DNA of 64,000 nucleotides, from contig JAAOMT010000484.1 of the NCBI GenBank assembly GCA_016748015.1, forward strand, positions 71,443 through 135,442, given 5' to 3'. Below, piece after piece: positions 1 through 12,896 of this stretch (positions are counted from its first letter, which is position 1; each line of letters starts with the position of its first letter). The position numbers were made by a program, and so were the translations under genes. Source of the DNA: Geosiphon pyriformis uo1 (taxonomy: Eukaryota; Fungi; Glomeromycota). The notes under the pieces are model-generated. The model was not told the DNA's origin and did not search any database. It saw only the letters and a program-made list of their open reading frames with translations.

Positions 1-36
1 TTAGTAGCATAGTCTTTGTGTTTGGTATTAGTGTAA

Positions 37-1072
37 TGTTACTTGAGTAAAAAAACCAATTTGAAAAATATCGGAAAAAACATAATTAAAAACGTGATAA
101 CTTAGAAAAAACATAATAATGCAAAATAATACAGAATAATATATTATAACTTAAAATAACATAAGATAACACACAATAACATAAAATAATTAGTTATAAT
201 ATAGAATAACTAGTTATAGTGTAAAAAAAACAAAGCAACAACAAAAATAGTAAGCAATAGCTAATGATAACAAATGATAAAAAGCAATCTTATAAAATTA
301 AAAATATATATAAAAATGAGTAGTTTTAGCAGTAAAAAAAATAGAAACCAACAGACAGAAAAACAAACAAACAAACAAATATTTTTTTTTACTCATATTT
401 AATAGATTTACTTTACTTATATATCTATATTACTTCAAATAAAAAAAATATTCAAAACCCAAACTTATTTATACATGATTTATGAATTCCATGTTTAAAC
501 TGAATTAATTATTCTCTTATTTTTGTTTTTAATAAGTTGCTTTTAGCATAAACTATCTCAAACAATAATAACTTAAACTAATTGCTCTTGATTATGGTAA
601 TTTATAATACTAATTTTATTTTATTTTTATTTTATTTTTTATTTTTTATTTTTTATTTTATTTTTTATTTTATTTTTATATTTTTTTCTCTTATAAAGTG
701 GCAATATTGTAAAATTAACTATCTGAAAATAAACTTTGTAATAGTCTGGTAAAAGAAAAAAACTTTTTCTAAAATATGATATTAATATTATTTTATTAGT
801 TTATTAAAAGAGTAAAAAAACACTATTAAACTTTAGCAATTGTGCTTAACTAATTCAGAAAAAATAACTCATTTACTTAAGTTGTAAACAGCCAAAACAC
901 TTTTTTGTGCTTTATAACTAAAGAATTTCACAGATAAAACTAGTAAAAAATTTTCAGAGACTGATATCAACAATTCACTTCAAGTATCTAGAATAAAAAT
1001 TTTTAAGCTTTTCTAATCCAAATTTAGAGCACTAAACATTACTACAATACTTTACCAAGTTTACTCATAACA
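37..1072 (+). repeat. 5' LTR of element H
   Basis: Starts TGTTAC, ends TAACA, followed by tttggtg; repeated at 1880-2845. Confidence 0.85.
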
Positions 1073-1879
1073 TTTGGTGCTTTCTATAAGATTATAAAAT
1101 TCACAAAAACAGAATACCTCAGAAATTCACCAAAGTAGTGACTATTAAAACTATAAAAAAAGATTATTTACTATATAAAAGAGCATTATTTTAATACTTT
1201 AAGAAAGACTTAGAAATATCATTAAAAACTATCATTATAGAAAGTAATTTTTATTACTATGTACATGTCAAAGTTAATTACTTACTAGACCAAACAACAA
1301 ATACAGAAAAACTTGAAAAACAAATCTATTAAAAATTATTAATATACTCAACATCAATCATTACTTGGGCAATAACCAACATTTTTTTAATAATTAATTA
1401 GAAAATCCAAAAATACATTAACAAATAGTACTTTTAAGTAAAAAAAAAACAAATATTGAGACTTGACTCTAAAGAATTCAAATCTGAAAATAAAAGTACA
1501 CAAAAAAGTATTTGACTCATAGTCAACAAGAAATAAAGATTTTTTTTGCCAACAACTTCCTTATACTTAGATATTAACAAATAAACATTTAACAAAAAAG
1601 CTCTGAAACAAGTAAAAAAATTTGTCAGGAGAAATGACCTAATTTTGTACTACAATACAATATATTGACTGTATTTAATATTCAAATATTGTTCAGCAAT
1701 ATTGTTAAACAGTTTACTAAAGTTTATTACAGTTAACAACATAAAACAAATAATAAATACATGGTTTGAAAATCTACAAAAAGCAATACTTAACACAACA
1801 ATTGATTATTATACCAAAAAAACAATTTTTACAGATACATATAATCTTGCAAAAGCTTAATTCTAAAAGAAAAGAATAA

Positions 1880-2845
1880 TATTATCTGAATAGAAAAACC
1901 AATCCAAAAAATATTGAAAAAAACGTGATTAAAAATGTGATAACTTAAAAAAAATATAATAATGTAAAATAATACAGAATAATATATTATAATTTAAGAT
2001 AATATGAAATAATACACAAAAATATGAAATAACTAGAATAACTAGTTATAATGTAAAAAAACAAAACAACAACAGAAATAATAAACAATAGCTAATAATA
2101 ACAAGTAATTAAAAACAATCTTGTAAAACTAAAAATATGTATAGTTTTAGCAGTAAAAAAAATGAAAACCAACAGACAGATAGAAAAATATATCTTTTTA
2201 CTCATATTTATTAAATTTATCTTACTTATATATCTATATTACTTCAAATTAAAAAATATTCAAAACCCAAACTTATTTATACATGATCCATAAATTCTGT
2301 ATTTAAACCAAATTAATTATTTTTTTACTTTTGTTTTCAGTCAAATGCTTTTAACATAAATTGTTTTAAACAATAATAATTTGAACCAATTGCTCTTGAT
2401 CATAATAATTGACAATACTAATTTTTTTTATTTCTATTTCTCTTTTTTTTTTATTTTTATTTTCTTGTAGAGTGGCAATATTGTAAAATTAACTGTCTGA
2501 AAATAAACTTTGTAATAGCCTGATAAAAAAAAAAGCTTTCTCTAAAATTGGATATTAATATTATCTTATTAGCTTACCAAAAAAGCAAAAAAACACTACT
2601 AGATCTTAGTAACTGTATTCAACTAATTCAGAGAAAATAGCTTACTTATTTAAGCTGCAAACAGCCAAAACATCTCTTTGTGTTTTATAACCAAAGAATT
2701 TCACAGATAAAACTAGCAAAAAACCTTTAAAAATTAATATTAATGACTTATCTTAAATATTTAGAATAGAAATTTTTAAGCTTTCTTAATCCAAATTTAA
2801 AACACCAAACATTATCACAATATCTTATCAAGTTTACTCATAATA
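1880..2845 (+). repeat. 3' LTR of element H (decayed termini TATTA...TAATA)
   Basis: Colinear with 37-1072; preceded by purine-rich aaaagaaaagaataa. Confidence 0.8.
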
Positions 2846-5800
2846 GCAATAAACTATTGTATTTTTTTAGTGATAAATACATGTTTTGTTTAATCTATTA
2901 CAAAGATTGGAAACTAATTAACTTGATATCTTAAGAAAAAATAAAAGAAGTATAGAAGTTTTTTAAAAATAAACCACTAAAAATACAATTATTAATAATA
3001 AAACAAAAAAAACTCTTTTTAGAAAAAAAAATAGACATTGAAAATTTGTTGACTAAAAATAGTTCAGTTATTTCAAAAAAAATAATATTTTTAGACATTT
3101 TTATGTAATACAACATATTATTACTATTAGAGAAATTTGTTCTATTCATTTGAAGTCTTATCAATTCAATTAATACAATGATAAATTCATTAAAAAAAAA
3201 TAAACCAGATGAAAAATCTTGAATTCATACAAGAAACTAAAAACAAATAGGCTTTTTCAGTTGTAGTAATATTCAAAAAAGATGAAATTCTATGTTTTTG
3301 TATTAACTACTGCCAATTAAATACTATTACTAAAAGAAACATATATCTATTTCTCAAAATTAATGCAATACTAAATCAATTTAATAGTGCTGTTTTCATT
3401 TCAACTATTGATTTAACTGCTAAATTTTGACAAATAGAGGTGAATTCAGAAAATAAAAAAAAACTGCCTTTATTATTAAGTATAGTACTTACAAATTTAC
3501 AGTTATATTTTTGGTTTTGCTAATGCTTTTTTTACATTTTAATATTTAATAGACAAAGTATTTGAATTAATAAAAAAAACTTTTGTTCTGGTTTATTTAG
3601 ACAACATAATAGTATACTCAAAAATTTGAAATGAACATCTTGAATATTTACAAAAAATTTTTGATTTTCTTAGAAATACTGGCCTTAAGATTAACTCAAT
3701 TAAATTTTTTTTTAAACATTAAACTACCTAGTTTTTTAGACATTTTATTACAAAAAATAAAATCTTCTCTAATTTAGCCAAGATTAAAAAGATTTAAAAC
3801 ATTAAACAATCAATAAATATTCATAAACTATACTCTTTTTTTGGTTTAGCATTTTATTATCACAAATTTGTCAAAAATTATTTCAAAATTGTCTTTCCAC
3901 TTAATTAGCTATTCAAGAAAACTGTTAATTATTATTAAAACACACATCAACAAAAAGTTTTTAAAACTCTAAAAAAAAACTAATTATTAAGCCAATTTTC
4001 AAGCAATCTAATCTAGATTATTCTTTTTTTTTTATACTAATGTATTTGGCTTTAAACTTAGTGCTATCTTATTTCAGAAAAATAAAAATGAAAAAAAACA
4101 TAATATAGCTTATGTTAACAGATTTTTTTCTTCAACAAAACAAAATTACTCAATTATTAAACAAGATTATTTAGCAATAGTATGATTTACCAATTATTAG
4201 AATAAGTATTTTTTGGTATAAAGTTTTTGGTAGTAATAGATCACCAAGCTTTGGTTTGGCTATATAACAAAAAAAACTTGAATACAAATAGATAACTTGT
4301 TAAATACTCTACCTGAATAAATTTGATTATAATATACAATATTATAAAAAAGCTTATTATCAAAATACTAATACTTTTTTTAGACTTATTATTTAATAAT
4401 AATACAACCTTTTCAAACCAAACCAATCTAATTATTAGTAACTTCTTCTTAAACAATTACAATAATAGACTTAAACAACTATTCTGTTTTAATAAAATTT
4501 TTGGGTAAAAGACAATATTTATTAAACTACACTTAACAGCAAAAAAAACATTTATGTAAATAATTAAATTTCTATTTAATTTGCCAGAATCAACTTTATA
4601 AAAGAAATAAAAAAGATTCTAACTGTTCTTAAAGAGTTATTAAATTTGAAGAAAAAAAAATTATAATCTATAACATATATATTAATTCATTACTTAGACA
4701 CTTTGAAAAAACAAAAACAATTCAAAAAATTTTTACTTACTATTATTAACCTATTTTAAGAAAAAAAATTGCTGAATACATCAAAACCTATAATATCTGT
4801 CCAAAAAAAGGAAAATTCAATTGCAAAAAATACATCTATTTAATCTTTGTTGGTTAATTATTTGACAAAATTGGTATAAATATTATTGGATCTTTAATTA
4901 TAACTTCTAATAACAATAGATATATTATTACAGCTACCAACTATATTACAAAGTAAATAAAAACAAGAATTATCTCAAATCAAACAGCAATTTTTATTGC
5001 CAACTTTACTTATAAAGATATTATTTGTTATCGTGGCTGTTCCAAAAAACTTTTATTTAATAGAAAAAAAGTTTTTTTCAATATATTAATTAAAAAACTT
5101 TGTAAAAAAATGAGAATATCTTATAAATTTTTTTTCTTATAATCCTTAAACAAATGGCTTAATAAAATGTTTCAATAGAACACTATGTGAAATCTTAACC
5201 AAAACCAATAAAGAAACAAACTTATAGAACAAAGTACTATTTTCAGCTTTTTTTGCTTATAGAACTGTAAATTATAACATAACAAGTTATAAACTCTTTT
5301 ATTTGTTCTATAAACAAATGGCAATACTACTAATAGAAACTAATATTAAAACAATATTTTTTAAAAAAATTACAATAGAAAATTACAAAGACATTTTGCA
5401 AAAAAAACTTGATACCATTCTTGACTTTTTAATAAAAGCATGAATAATTGTCTTTAAAAAGATAAAACAGATTCAAGAAAAGCTTAAGAAAAAAAAAACT
5501 TTTAAAATACTTTCTTAAGTATTAATAACTTGGTTTTAAAATACTGTTTAAACAGAAACAATATCTATAATAATAAATTTTTTAATCAGTAGAAAAAATT
5601 TATTATAGTTAACAAAGTTTTGAACAATGGTTTTTATATCTTATAAGATTAATATAGAACAATCTTTAAAGATTATCTTGTTTATGATATATAACTTAAA
5701 AAATATTACAAATGACCTGATTGGTTACCTGTTATGATAATACTAATCCAAATAATTAGCAAAAATCAGATATAAATAAATGTATTATTCTCAAAACAAA

Positions 5801-6436
5801 GATATTTTTAATTGATATAAACAATTGTTTTCTGGATTAAAACATTCAAAATGTTTTCTATACTTTCTATAAATATTAAATTAAAAATTATTCAAACACT
5901 ACTTTGACTATTAAAAAACAGATTATAATAATTAATAACAATAAAATATATACTATTATTAGACCTTAAAAACCACTATCAGAAAAGAAAAAATTAGTAA
6001 TAAAATAGATAAGTATCTGTTAAAAAACATAACAGTAACAATACTTATACTTTCTATTACAATTGGAAAAACAATTAAAAAAATCTTGTTTATAAACAAA
6101 AACTTGTTATATAAAAGATAATTAAAATTCTATGGTTGCTTTGATAAAATTATAGAAGATATAAAGCTCAGGAAAAAAACAACTTCAGAAATACAAATAA
6201 AAATTTTGGGTATTATATAATTAGATGTTTAAGAGTTTTGACTATTATAAAAAGAGCCAAAACTTTTATACAAAAATTTAGTTTCTTGAATACAAAGCTT
6301 ATTTTATCTTAGTTATTATATATTTTATCTATAAAAAACTTTACCAAATTAATTAATTTCAAATTAAACAAAATTTTTTAATTAAATTATCTCATACATT
6401 GATTTTGCCAAAGCTTAATTTCTTTAAAGAAAATAA

Positions 6437-7170
6437 TATTATGATTAAAAATTATAGTTTTTATTAATTATTATATATATTAACTATTGATATCATATAA
6501 TTAGCCATTTTATTTTTAAATAATAATTAATAATCTAATTATTGACCTAATTATTAACTTAATCATTGATCTAATCATTAATCTGATTATTGACTTAATC
6601 AATGATTTGGTTATTAACTATTTTTAATAGCTATATAAGTAATAAGTTTCTTAACTGCAAAAAAACATGATCAAAGTCAATAAAATAAAACCCACTATCA
6701 ATTATTTTCTCTTATATTACTTATTTTTTTTTTCTACTTTTAAGTATTTAAATATCTTAAAATAAAAGATTACTTGTTGGCTTTTACATATCTTATTTTT
6801 TCTTCTTTGTAATTTGTATTTGTTAGAATTAGCCTAAAAAATAATTATTTGTTCTTATAATTTATTGAATAAAAAAATGATTAAAAAACACAATGATATC
6901 TGTTATTAATTTTAAGAATTGTTAAGTTAAAACATAGAATAATAACAGCAGTATTATTTTGTTGACAATTACAGACTATTTTTTTATTTTCAAATTCAAA
7001 AAAAAAATTTGTGATTATAATTTTTATAAAATTAATCACACATATTGAATTCTTACTTATTTATTTTACTAATTTACTCTTTTATTGTAATTTTCTTTTT
7101 AATTAATTTTATTACTCTACAATCTTGTTTTTTTTTGCTATCTATTAGCTTATTATACCAACTTATAATA
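6437..7170 (+). repeat. Decayed 3' LTR of A2
   Basis: Colinear with A LTR 50498-51211, including the eroded 12-bp ttgacctgatca array and the gctatataag TATA box. Confidence 0.85.
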
Positions 7171-7860
7171 ATATTATTAAAAAGTTTATAATTAAGATTT
7201 TTATAAAAAAAAATATTTTTATAACAAAATAAAAATTTTTAATTTTTATAATAAAATAATTACACAAAATAATTAAGACAAAATTAACTATTGTATTCTA
7301 AATTTAACAGCATAAATAATTCAAAATATAAAAATAAACTTTGAAAATAAACAAACTTATTAAAAATTCAATAATTTAATATTAATAATATAAAAAAAAA
7401 CAATTAAAATCTTTAATAACAACTTACTAAATTATAATTAACAATAAAAAACATTTACAAAAACAATTAAATTTTTATTTAATTTGCTAAAACTAATTAA
7501 TTAATAAAACCAAAAAAAAATTTTAATTGAAAAAATATATATAATTTAAGAAAAAAATATAATATCTAATATATATATAAATTTTTTAACAAGTTATTTT
7601 AAAAAAACAAAAATAATTTAAAAAACATTAACATAATATTATTGATTAATCTTAAAAAAAATATAACAAATTATATACAACTTATAATATTTGTTAACAA
7701 AAAAATAAATTTAATTAAAAAAAACATTTATTAAATATTTATTAATTAAATTTTAACAAAATTAAAATTAAAATTATTAAATTTTTAATATTAATATTTA
7801 ATAAAAACTAATATATTATTACAATTACAAATAATTTTACAAAATAGATAAAAACAAAAT
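7171..7860 (+). pseudogene. Very old Gypsy RNase H/integrase relic (probable host of A2)
   Basis: Eroded similarity to the integrase N-terminus of A/A2 (e.g. tattttaaaaaaacaaaaataatttaaaaaacatta; tatattattacaattacaaataattttacaaaatag). Confidence 0.5.
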
Positions 7861-9037
7861 TAAACAACAGTTTAAACAAATAATTATTTAGTTTTTAAAA
7901 CAATTTTTAAGAATAAATAACTTAAATTATTCAAAAAAAATATTATTATAGCAATTCTGTTTAACTTATATTTAAATACAGTTTGAATAATTTTTTATAT
8001 TAGAAAAGTTAAATAAAACAGCAGTAATAATAAAATTATTTTAATTTTAAAAAAGTATAACATTTAAGTCTTTTATTTAACAATAACTTATTAATTTTTA
8101 TTATTAAATTATAACCAATTTTAATTTTGTTATACTGTGTATTTCTAAATTGTTTTTTATTAATTATTAAAAGTTTTATTTTTAAAATGTATTTGCTATT
8201 ATCAAATTTTTTAAATTTTTAACAAGCTTGAATTTTATTAATTACATTTATAATATTTTAGCTTTGTTATTTTTCTTTTATAGTTATTTTAAACCTACTT
8301 TTATTAAAAATATATTTTGGGCAAAAGGTTTTAACTTTTTTTTGAAAAATATAGAATAGTTATAATAAATTTGAATAATCAATTAAAAAAATTAATTACT
8401 TTATGATAAAATATGTGCTTTAGTAACTTTTATTTTTAGTAATTAAGAGAAATTTATTTTTAATTGAAATTAATTTGTTTAACATTTTGACATTTGCAAA
8501 TGTTGAATTGTTTTAATTAATTTGATCAAAAATATTTTCAAAAATTAATCTGAAATAAACTTTGCAGTTTTTATAATATAATTTAGCATTAAAATATGCA
8601 ACAAAAGCAAAGCCGAACCTTTCGTTAACAATTTCTTTATAAAGTAAAATAAATATTGTATGTAATATAATAGAATAAAACGTGGCACTAAAAGTTATCA
8701 AGCATAATTTACTCAACAATCTGCGCAACAGGGCTGATTATTTATGTATCGCGGACATAAATTTTGAGTGACATAAAATTTGGAAAATATCAAGCTATGA
8801 ATTTGAATGAATATTCCAAGTTCCTAGGGTAATATTGTGCAAACCGTGTTTACATTTTCAATTTCTGATATTTTTATGTGATATTTCTCACTTCCTTTTG
8901 TCATGGCGCATCATGTTTCATTTTGAATAATGAGTTCAGAAAAATTCTTTTAATTATACATGCTAATTCCACAAGAAACGCGAGGTTATTGAAAAGATGT
9001 GTTAATAGGCTTATCTGAGGCGGATGAATTCAATTTA

Positions 9038-11224
9038 TCAATTTGGGAAGCGTCCAGGAGAATCGGGAAACATATAACGGTTTTTACGGGTATTGGAAAG
9101 AAACGATTCCAATCTTGACATAGCAGCTGCAGATTCTTTTCGTAGCACCTCGAACTCTTGGTGTCCGATACCAACATAGGCGTTATAATAGGTGTTGATA
9201 AGCTTCCTGCCTTGCTCAGGATAAGTTTCAATAAATCGCGGACCGGCAACCTGGCATATTCACATGTATCAAGTTTGCTTTGGTTATGCCCTTTATAAAT
9301 AAAAGGCTATAACATAAAAATTACGAGGCACATACCTGGAGAAAAGTATAAATCAAATAAGGAGTGATCGTTTGCGGCTTCATATTCATAATTCGGGCCA
9401 GCCATTTCCATCCATGTTCCATTCCGTATGGATTGGTGAGGCCTAAAAAACAAATTGTTAAAATGGTTACCAAACCGGGGGAATTGGTTTCAAAAAATAA
9501 TTGAGCGGAGCAAATTATCATATACCTGAAATTAATGGTGAGGTCTGTAAGATGGCAGCATATAATGCTAGTATAGCTTGCATTCGACTAAAGTATTTAT
9601 CCTCTTTTTCCTCTTTCTTGTATCCGAGAATCTCTTTATACTCATCTAAACTTTGTCCCTAAAGTATCAAAATGATAGGCAAGGTCTCTTAGAGATAGGT
9701 ATTATAAAGACAGTCATGTGAAATTCAAACAAAATCTGATACATATATACCTGAGTACGAATATGATATCGTGGTAATACATAGCAGCACTTGGTAGTTA
9801 TATGAGTCATTACAAAATTATCAAGGAACTCGACATGTTGCATGGCAATAAGTACGCATACATGAGCTAGCTGAAAAGCTGCTATATGATCGGTTGGTGT
9901 CAAAGAAGCCTCAACTTCTGCTTGCGTCTAAAAAGCCAAACGTGAAAATGAGAATTAAATAGAGTAAAATCCAACAGACAAATGATCCAGGATTTACCAC
10001 AAGATTTTCAGCTATTTCATTGAGGAGATGATAATATAATTGTTGGTTAGTGCGGGCAGCATTACATAAGTTAGAGAGCTCAGTTGCCTAAACATTGTAA
10101 TGTTAAAGATTTAAGAAGAGAAATAAAAAATCATAAGTTTGAGAATATATAATAAGTTTATCAATAAGAAGTTGGATCTGCCGTTCAAATTCACCGTATT
10201 AATTATAGTCGTTCTTGTATTGGTCAGTTGATTAAAACGTAATCTAACAATCTTTCGGTACTCTGAGGATAATGTCCTCAACTGTTGGTTTTCAGATACG
10301 TTATCGCGTATGAATTTTAATTTATCCTTGAAGCTTTTTTCTTTTTCTAAAACTTCTTGACATGCTATATCTTTTATAACCGCTTTTTGACCGGCTAATT
10401 TCGAGACTTGAGCGATTTGTAGAGCTTTGACCTCAGATTCTTTTCTTCTCTTTTCTTCAGCTGCTTTGATCGCTTCTTGTTCAGCAGCCAAACGAGCTTG
10501 TCGCTGAGCTTCAGCCTCTCTTTTGTTCCGCTCTTCGGCCTCAGATTCTTTTCTTCTCTTTTCTTCAGCTGCTTTGATCGCTTCTTGTTCAGCAGCCAAA
10601 CGAGCTTGTCGCTGAGCTTCAGCCTCTTTTTGTTCTAGCAAATGTCTACGCAATTTCTATAGAGTTATTCATGTTTTCGTCGAATTAACAAATCTTTTGA
10701 ACTTAATTATAAAAGAACAGAGTAAAATATCCATTTATATTTATAAAGAATCTGAAAATTGCCTACTTCATATTCCCTTTGCCACCAGGCTTGTTTATTG
10801 TCGAATTCTGCCTTTCTGCGTCTACGTTCTTCTTCCCTGAATTGAACCTTATGTTAAATTAACGTAGACTCATATTATAAAACAATTAATAGGGACGGAC
10901 ATTTTAGCTTGATGCAGGTCGTATTCCCTTTGAACACGATCCCATTTTTCTTGACGCTGTCTTTGTAGATCGAGTAAAAAAATCCGGGCTTCTTCTTGAG
11001 CACTTTGCTGAGCTAAGAGCAACTCCCCTTTAAATTGGGCGGTTGCTTCCTGTCAATTTTGGAACAAAATAAGAGGTTGCCCTCAATAAGCTTCATAAAA
11101 CACAGGTTAACTGACATGTTTATACCAGAACAGTTTTGTTTCGAAAACGAATTGTCTCACTATCTTCCCGTGCATAGGAGCATCTTAAAGAATCAAGTTC
11201 ATGTTCGCTCAGCGGTCCAGACAT
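9038..11224 (-). CDS. GLE1: mRNA export factor / nucleoporin Gle1 (multi-exon)
   Basis: Spliced exons give MSGPLSEHE..., an E/Q/R/K coiled coil, then a Gle1-type C-terminal domain (TKCCYVLP, YFSRMQAILALYAAILQT, HGWKWLARIMN, AAMSRLESFL). GT-AG introns. Confidence 0.85.
10431..10627 (-). repeat. Identical 89-bp direct repeat, 108-bp (36-codon) period, in the GLE1 coiled-coil exon
   Basis: 10431-10519 equals 10539-10627; encodes EAEAQRQARLAAEQEAIKAAEEKRRKESE twice. Confidence 0.95.
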
Positions 11225-11391
11225 TTTATTACAAGCTTAAGGCTGCCGAAAGAGTTCAGGATGTGTACGAATTGAAGTGTCAAAAGAATTTTACAACTTT
11301 TCCACGCGATCAATTTGTAAGCTAAATTTCGCAATTTAGGACATGACTCATTATTTTTTTCTAAGCAGTTAGTCCCGACCACCGCTCAAAA

Positions 11392-12685
11392 ATGACGTCA
11401 GGTGAAGGCTCGCTTGGTGCATTGCAACCTTCTCAGCCAGCAGTTTCAAAGAAAGCCAAGAAGCGCTTAATAAAACAACAACAATGGGAGGCTCAACGAG
11501 ATGCTAGGAAAGAAGCTAGAAAAAAGAAAGAACAAGAAAAAAAAGCAAAAAAGCAGACTCAAAAGAATGAGGAGGAAGCTGCTAGGAAGCTAACACAAGG
11601 CGAGATAAATTCATACATTCTTCATTTTAGATGGAATTCTTAGACTGAAACTTTTTATGTTTAATCACAAAGAGCTTGAGGAGACGGCTGAAGCAACGGT
11701 CAGTGTCGGAAGTGGTGTCTCAGACATTAAAGAACCTTTAATAAAGAAACCAAAACTCAGAATTCTTAGTTCGATGAAAGTTGTAGTCGATTTGGATTTT
11801 GACAAGTACATGAATGAAAAAGTACTCGAAATTCCTCATATTTGACGATCTTACTTGGGTCCTGGAGATTCCTTTGCTACATTCTAAACATTTGATTATA
11901 TAGGAAATTTCACAACTATCATCGCAATTAACACGTTGTTATTCGTTTAACAACAAATCCAGCAATCCGGTCGGTTTGCATTTCACATCATTTGGTGGTC
12001 GACTTCAGGAACGTTTCGAGAATCGACTTCAAGAATATCACAATTGGAAGGATGTAGTATTTCATAACAATTCTTACTTAGACAACTTTTTTAAAGAAGA
12101 TCTGGTTTATCTTACGGCCGATGAAGAAGCTGTTTTGGAAGAACTTGATGAGACCAAAGTTTATATCATTGGAGGTGTAGTGGACAGGAATCGTCACAAG
12201 GTTTAATTGCTTATTTTTTTCTGGTTGAAACCACATAAAGTGGGCAATTCCATTATAAACAAGCTTTTGAAATATTAAATACATTTACTTGAATCTTTAT
12301 TTGAGCATCTCTGCTATCATAAAGCAAAGCTAGAAGGAATTGCGACTGCCAAACTGCCGATCAGCCAGTACATCAATTTGACCACAAGGCACGTTCTCAC
12401 TGTTAATCATGGTAAGTATTGAATTGAAAGGAAATGATTTTATATTTTTCCATTCTCAAATTCTAATTCTTTTTTGTTAATCCTTTAATACCCATATTGC
12501 TGATAGTTTTTGAGATTCTTCTCAATTGGCTCGAGACAAAAGATTGGCGAGAAACATTAATGAATGTTATACCACCTCGGAAATTTAATCCAGAAGGTAA
12601 AAAGAAGAGACGTGAGACTACCAAAAAAGGTAAAGCTGATGCTGTCCGTGTAGATACTGATGAATCAAGCACCTCGGAAATTTAG
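11392..12685 (+). CDS. TRM10: tRNA (guanine-9-N1) methyltransferase Trm10, SPOUT family (multi-exon)
   Basis: SKKAKKRLIKQQQWE N-terminus, VVVDLDFDKYMNEKEI, LVYLTAD, YIIGGVVDRNRHK, TAKLPI, VLTVNHVFEILL, VIPPRK. Confidence 0.93.
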
Positions 12686-12896
12686 CTGATAAACATAAAT
12701 AAACTTGTTTGTAATACTTGGTTTTTATTATTAAAATTATCTTGCTTCAAGGGTTTTTGCTATCATTTAAAATAAATTTTGAATCCGAAAATTCAAACTT
12801 CGTCAACACATACCTTTTTAATGTATAGGGCTAGAATCTAGCCTTATTGAAGGTAATTCCAAAAATTTTGGATATATAGTGGAAAAGGAAGATTGC

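Larger units (their letters stand above)
37..2845 (+). mobile_element. Element H: short, internally deleted LTR element (two ~1 kb LTRs, ~0.8 kb internal region) inserted in A2
   Basis: Direct repeats 37-1072 and 1880-2845. PBS-like tggtgctttctataaga after the 5' LTR; purine tract before 1880. Flanks GTAA/GCAA both derivable from GCGA, the sequence at this site in intact A. Confidence 0.85.
1..7170 (+). mobile_element. Heavily decayed Gypsy element A2 (same family as A): pre-RT region, RT, RNase H, integrase, ORF3 and 3' LTR; interrupted by element H at 37-2845; 5' part lies outside the window
   Basis: 2846-7170 is colinear with element A ~46887-51211 (e.g. taatctattacaaagattgg; tcaccaagctttggtttggctat), differing mostly by C>T/G>A. 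Bases 1-36 match A ~46854-46890. Confidence 0.9.

Noticed and set aside
7860-8500. Possible LINE RNase H relic next to the gene island
   Set aside because: Only faint motif traces after assuming heavy C>T/G>A decay; not supportable without a profile search.
8986-9249. 87-aa minus-strand ORF as the GLE1 last exon
   Set aside because: The spliced GLE1 exon uses another frame (VAGPRFIETY...GRFPN*) ending at 9038.
11035-11325. 96-aa plus-strand ORF
   Set aside because: Antisense to GLE1 exons 1-2 and the shared promoter; no recognisable motif.
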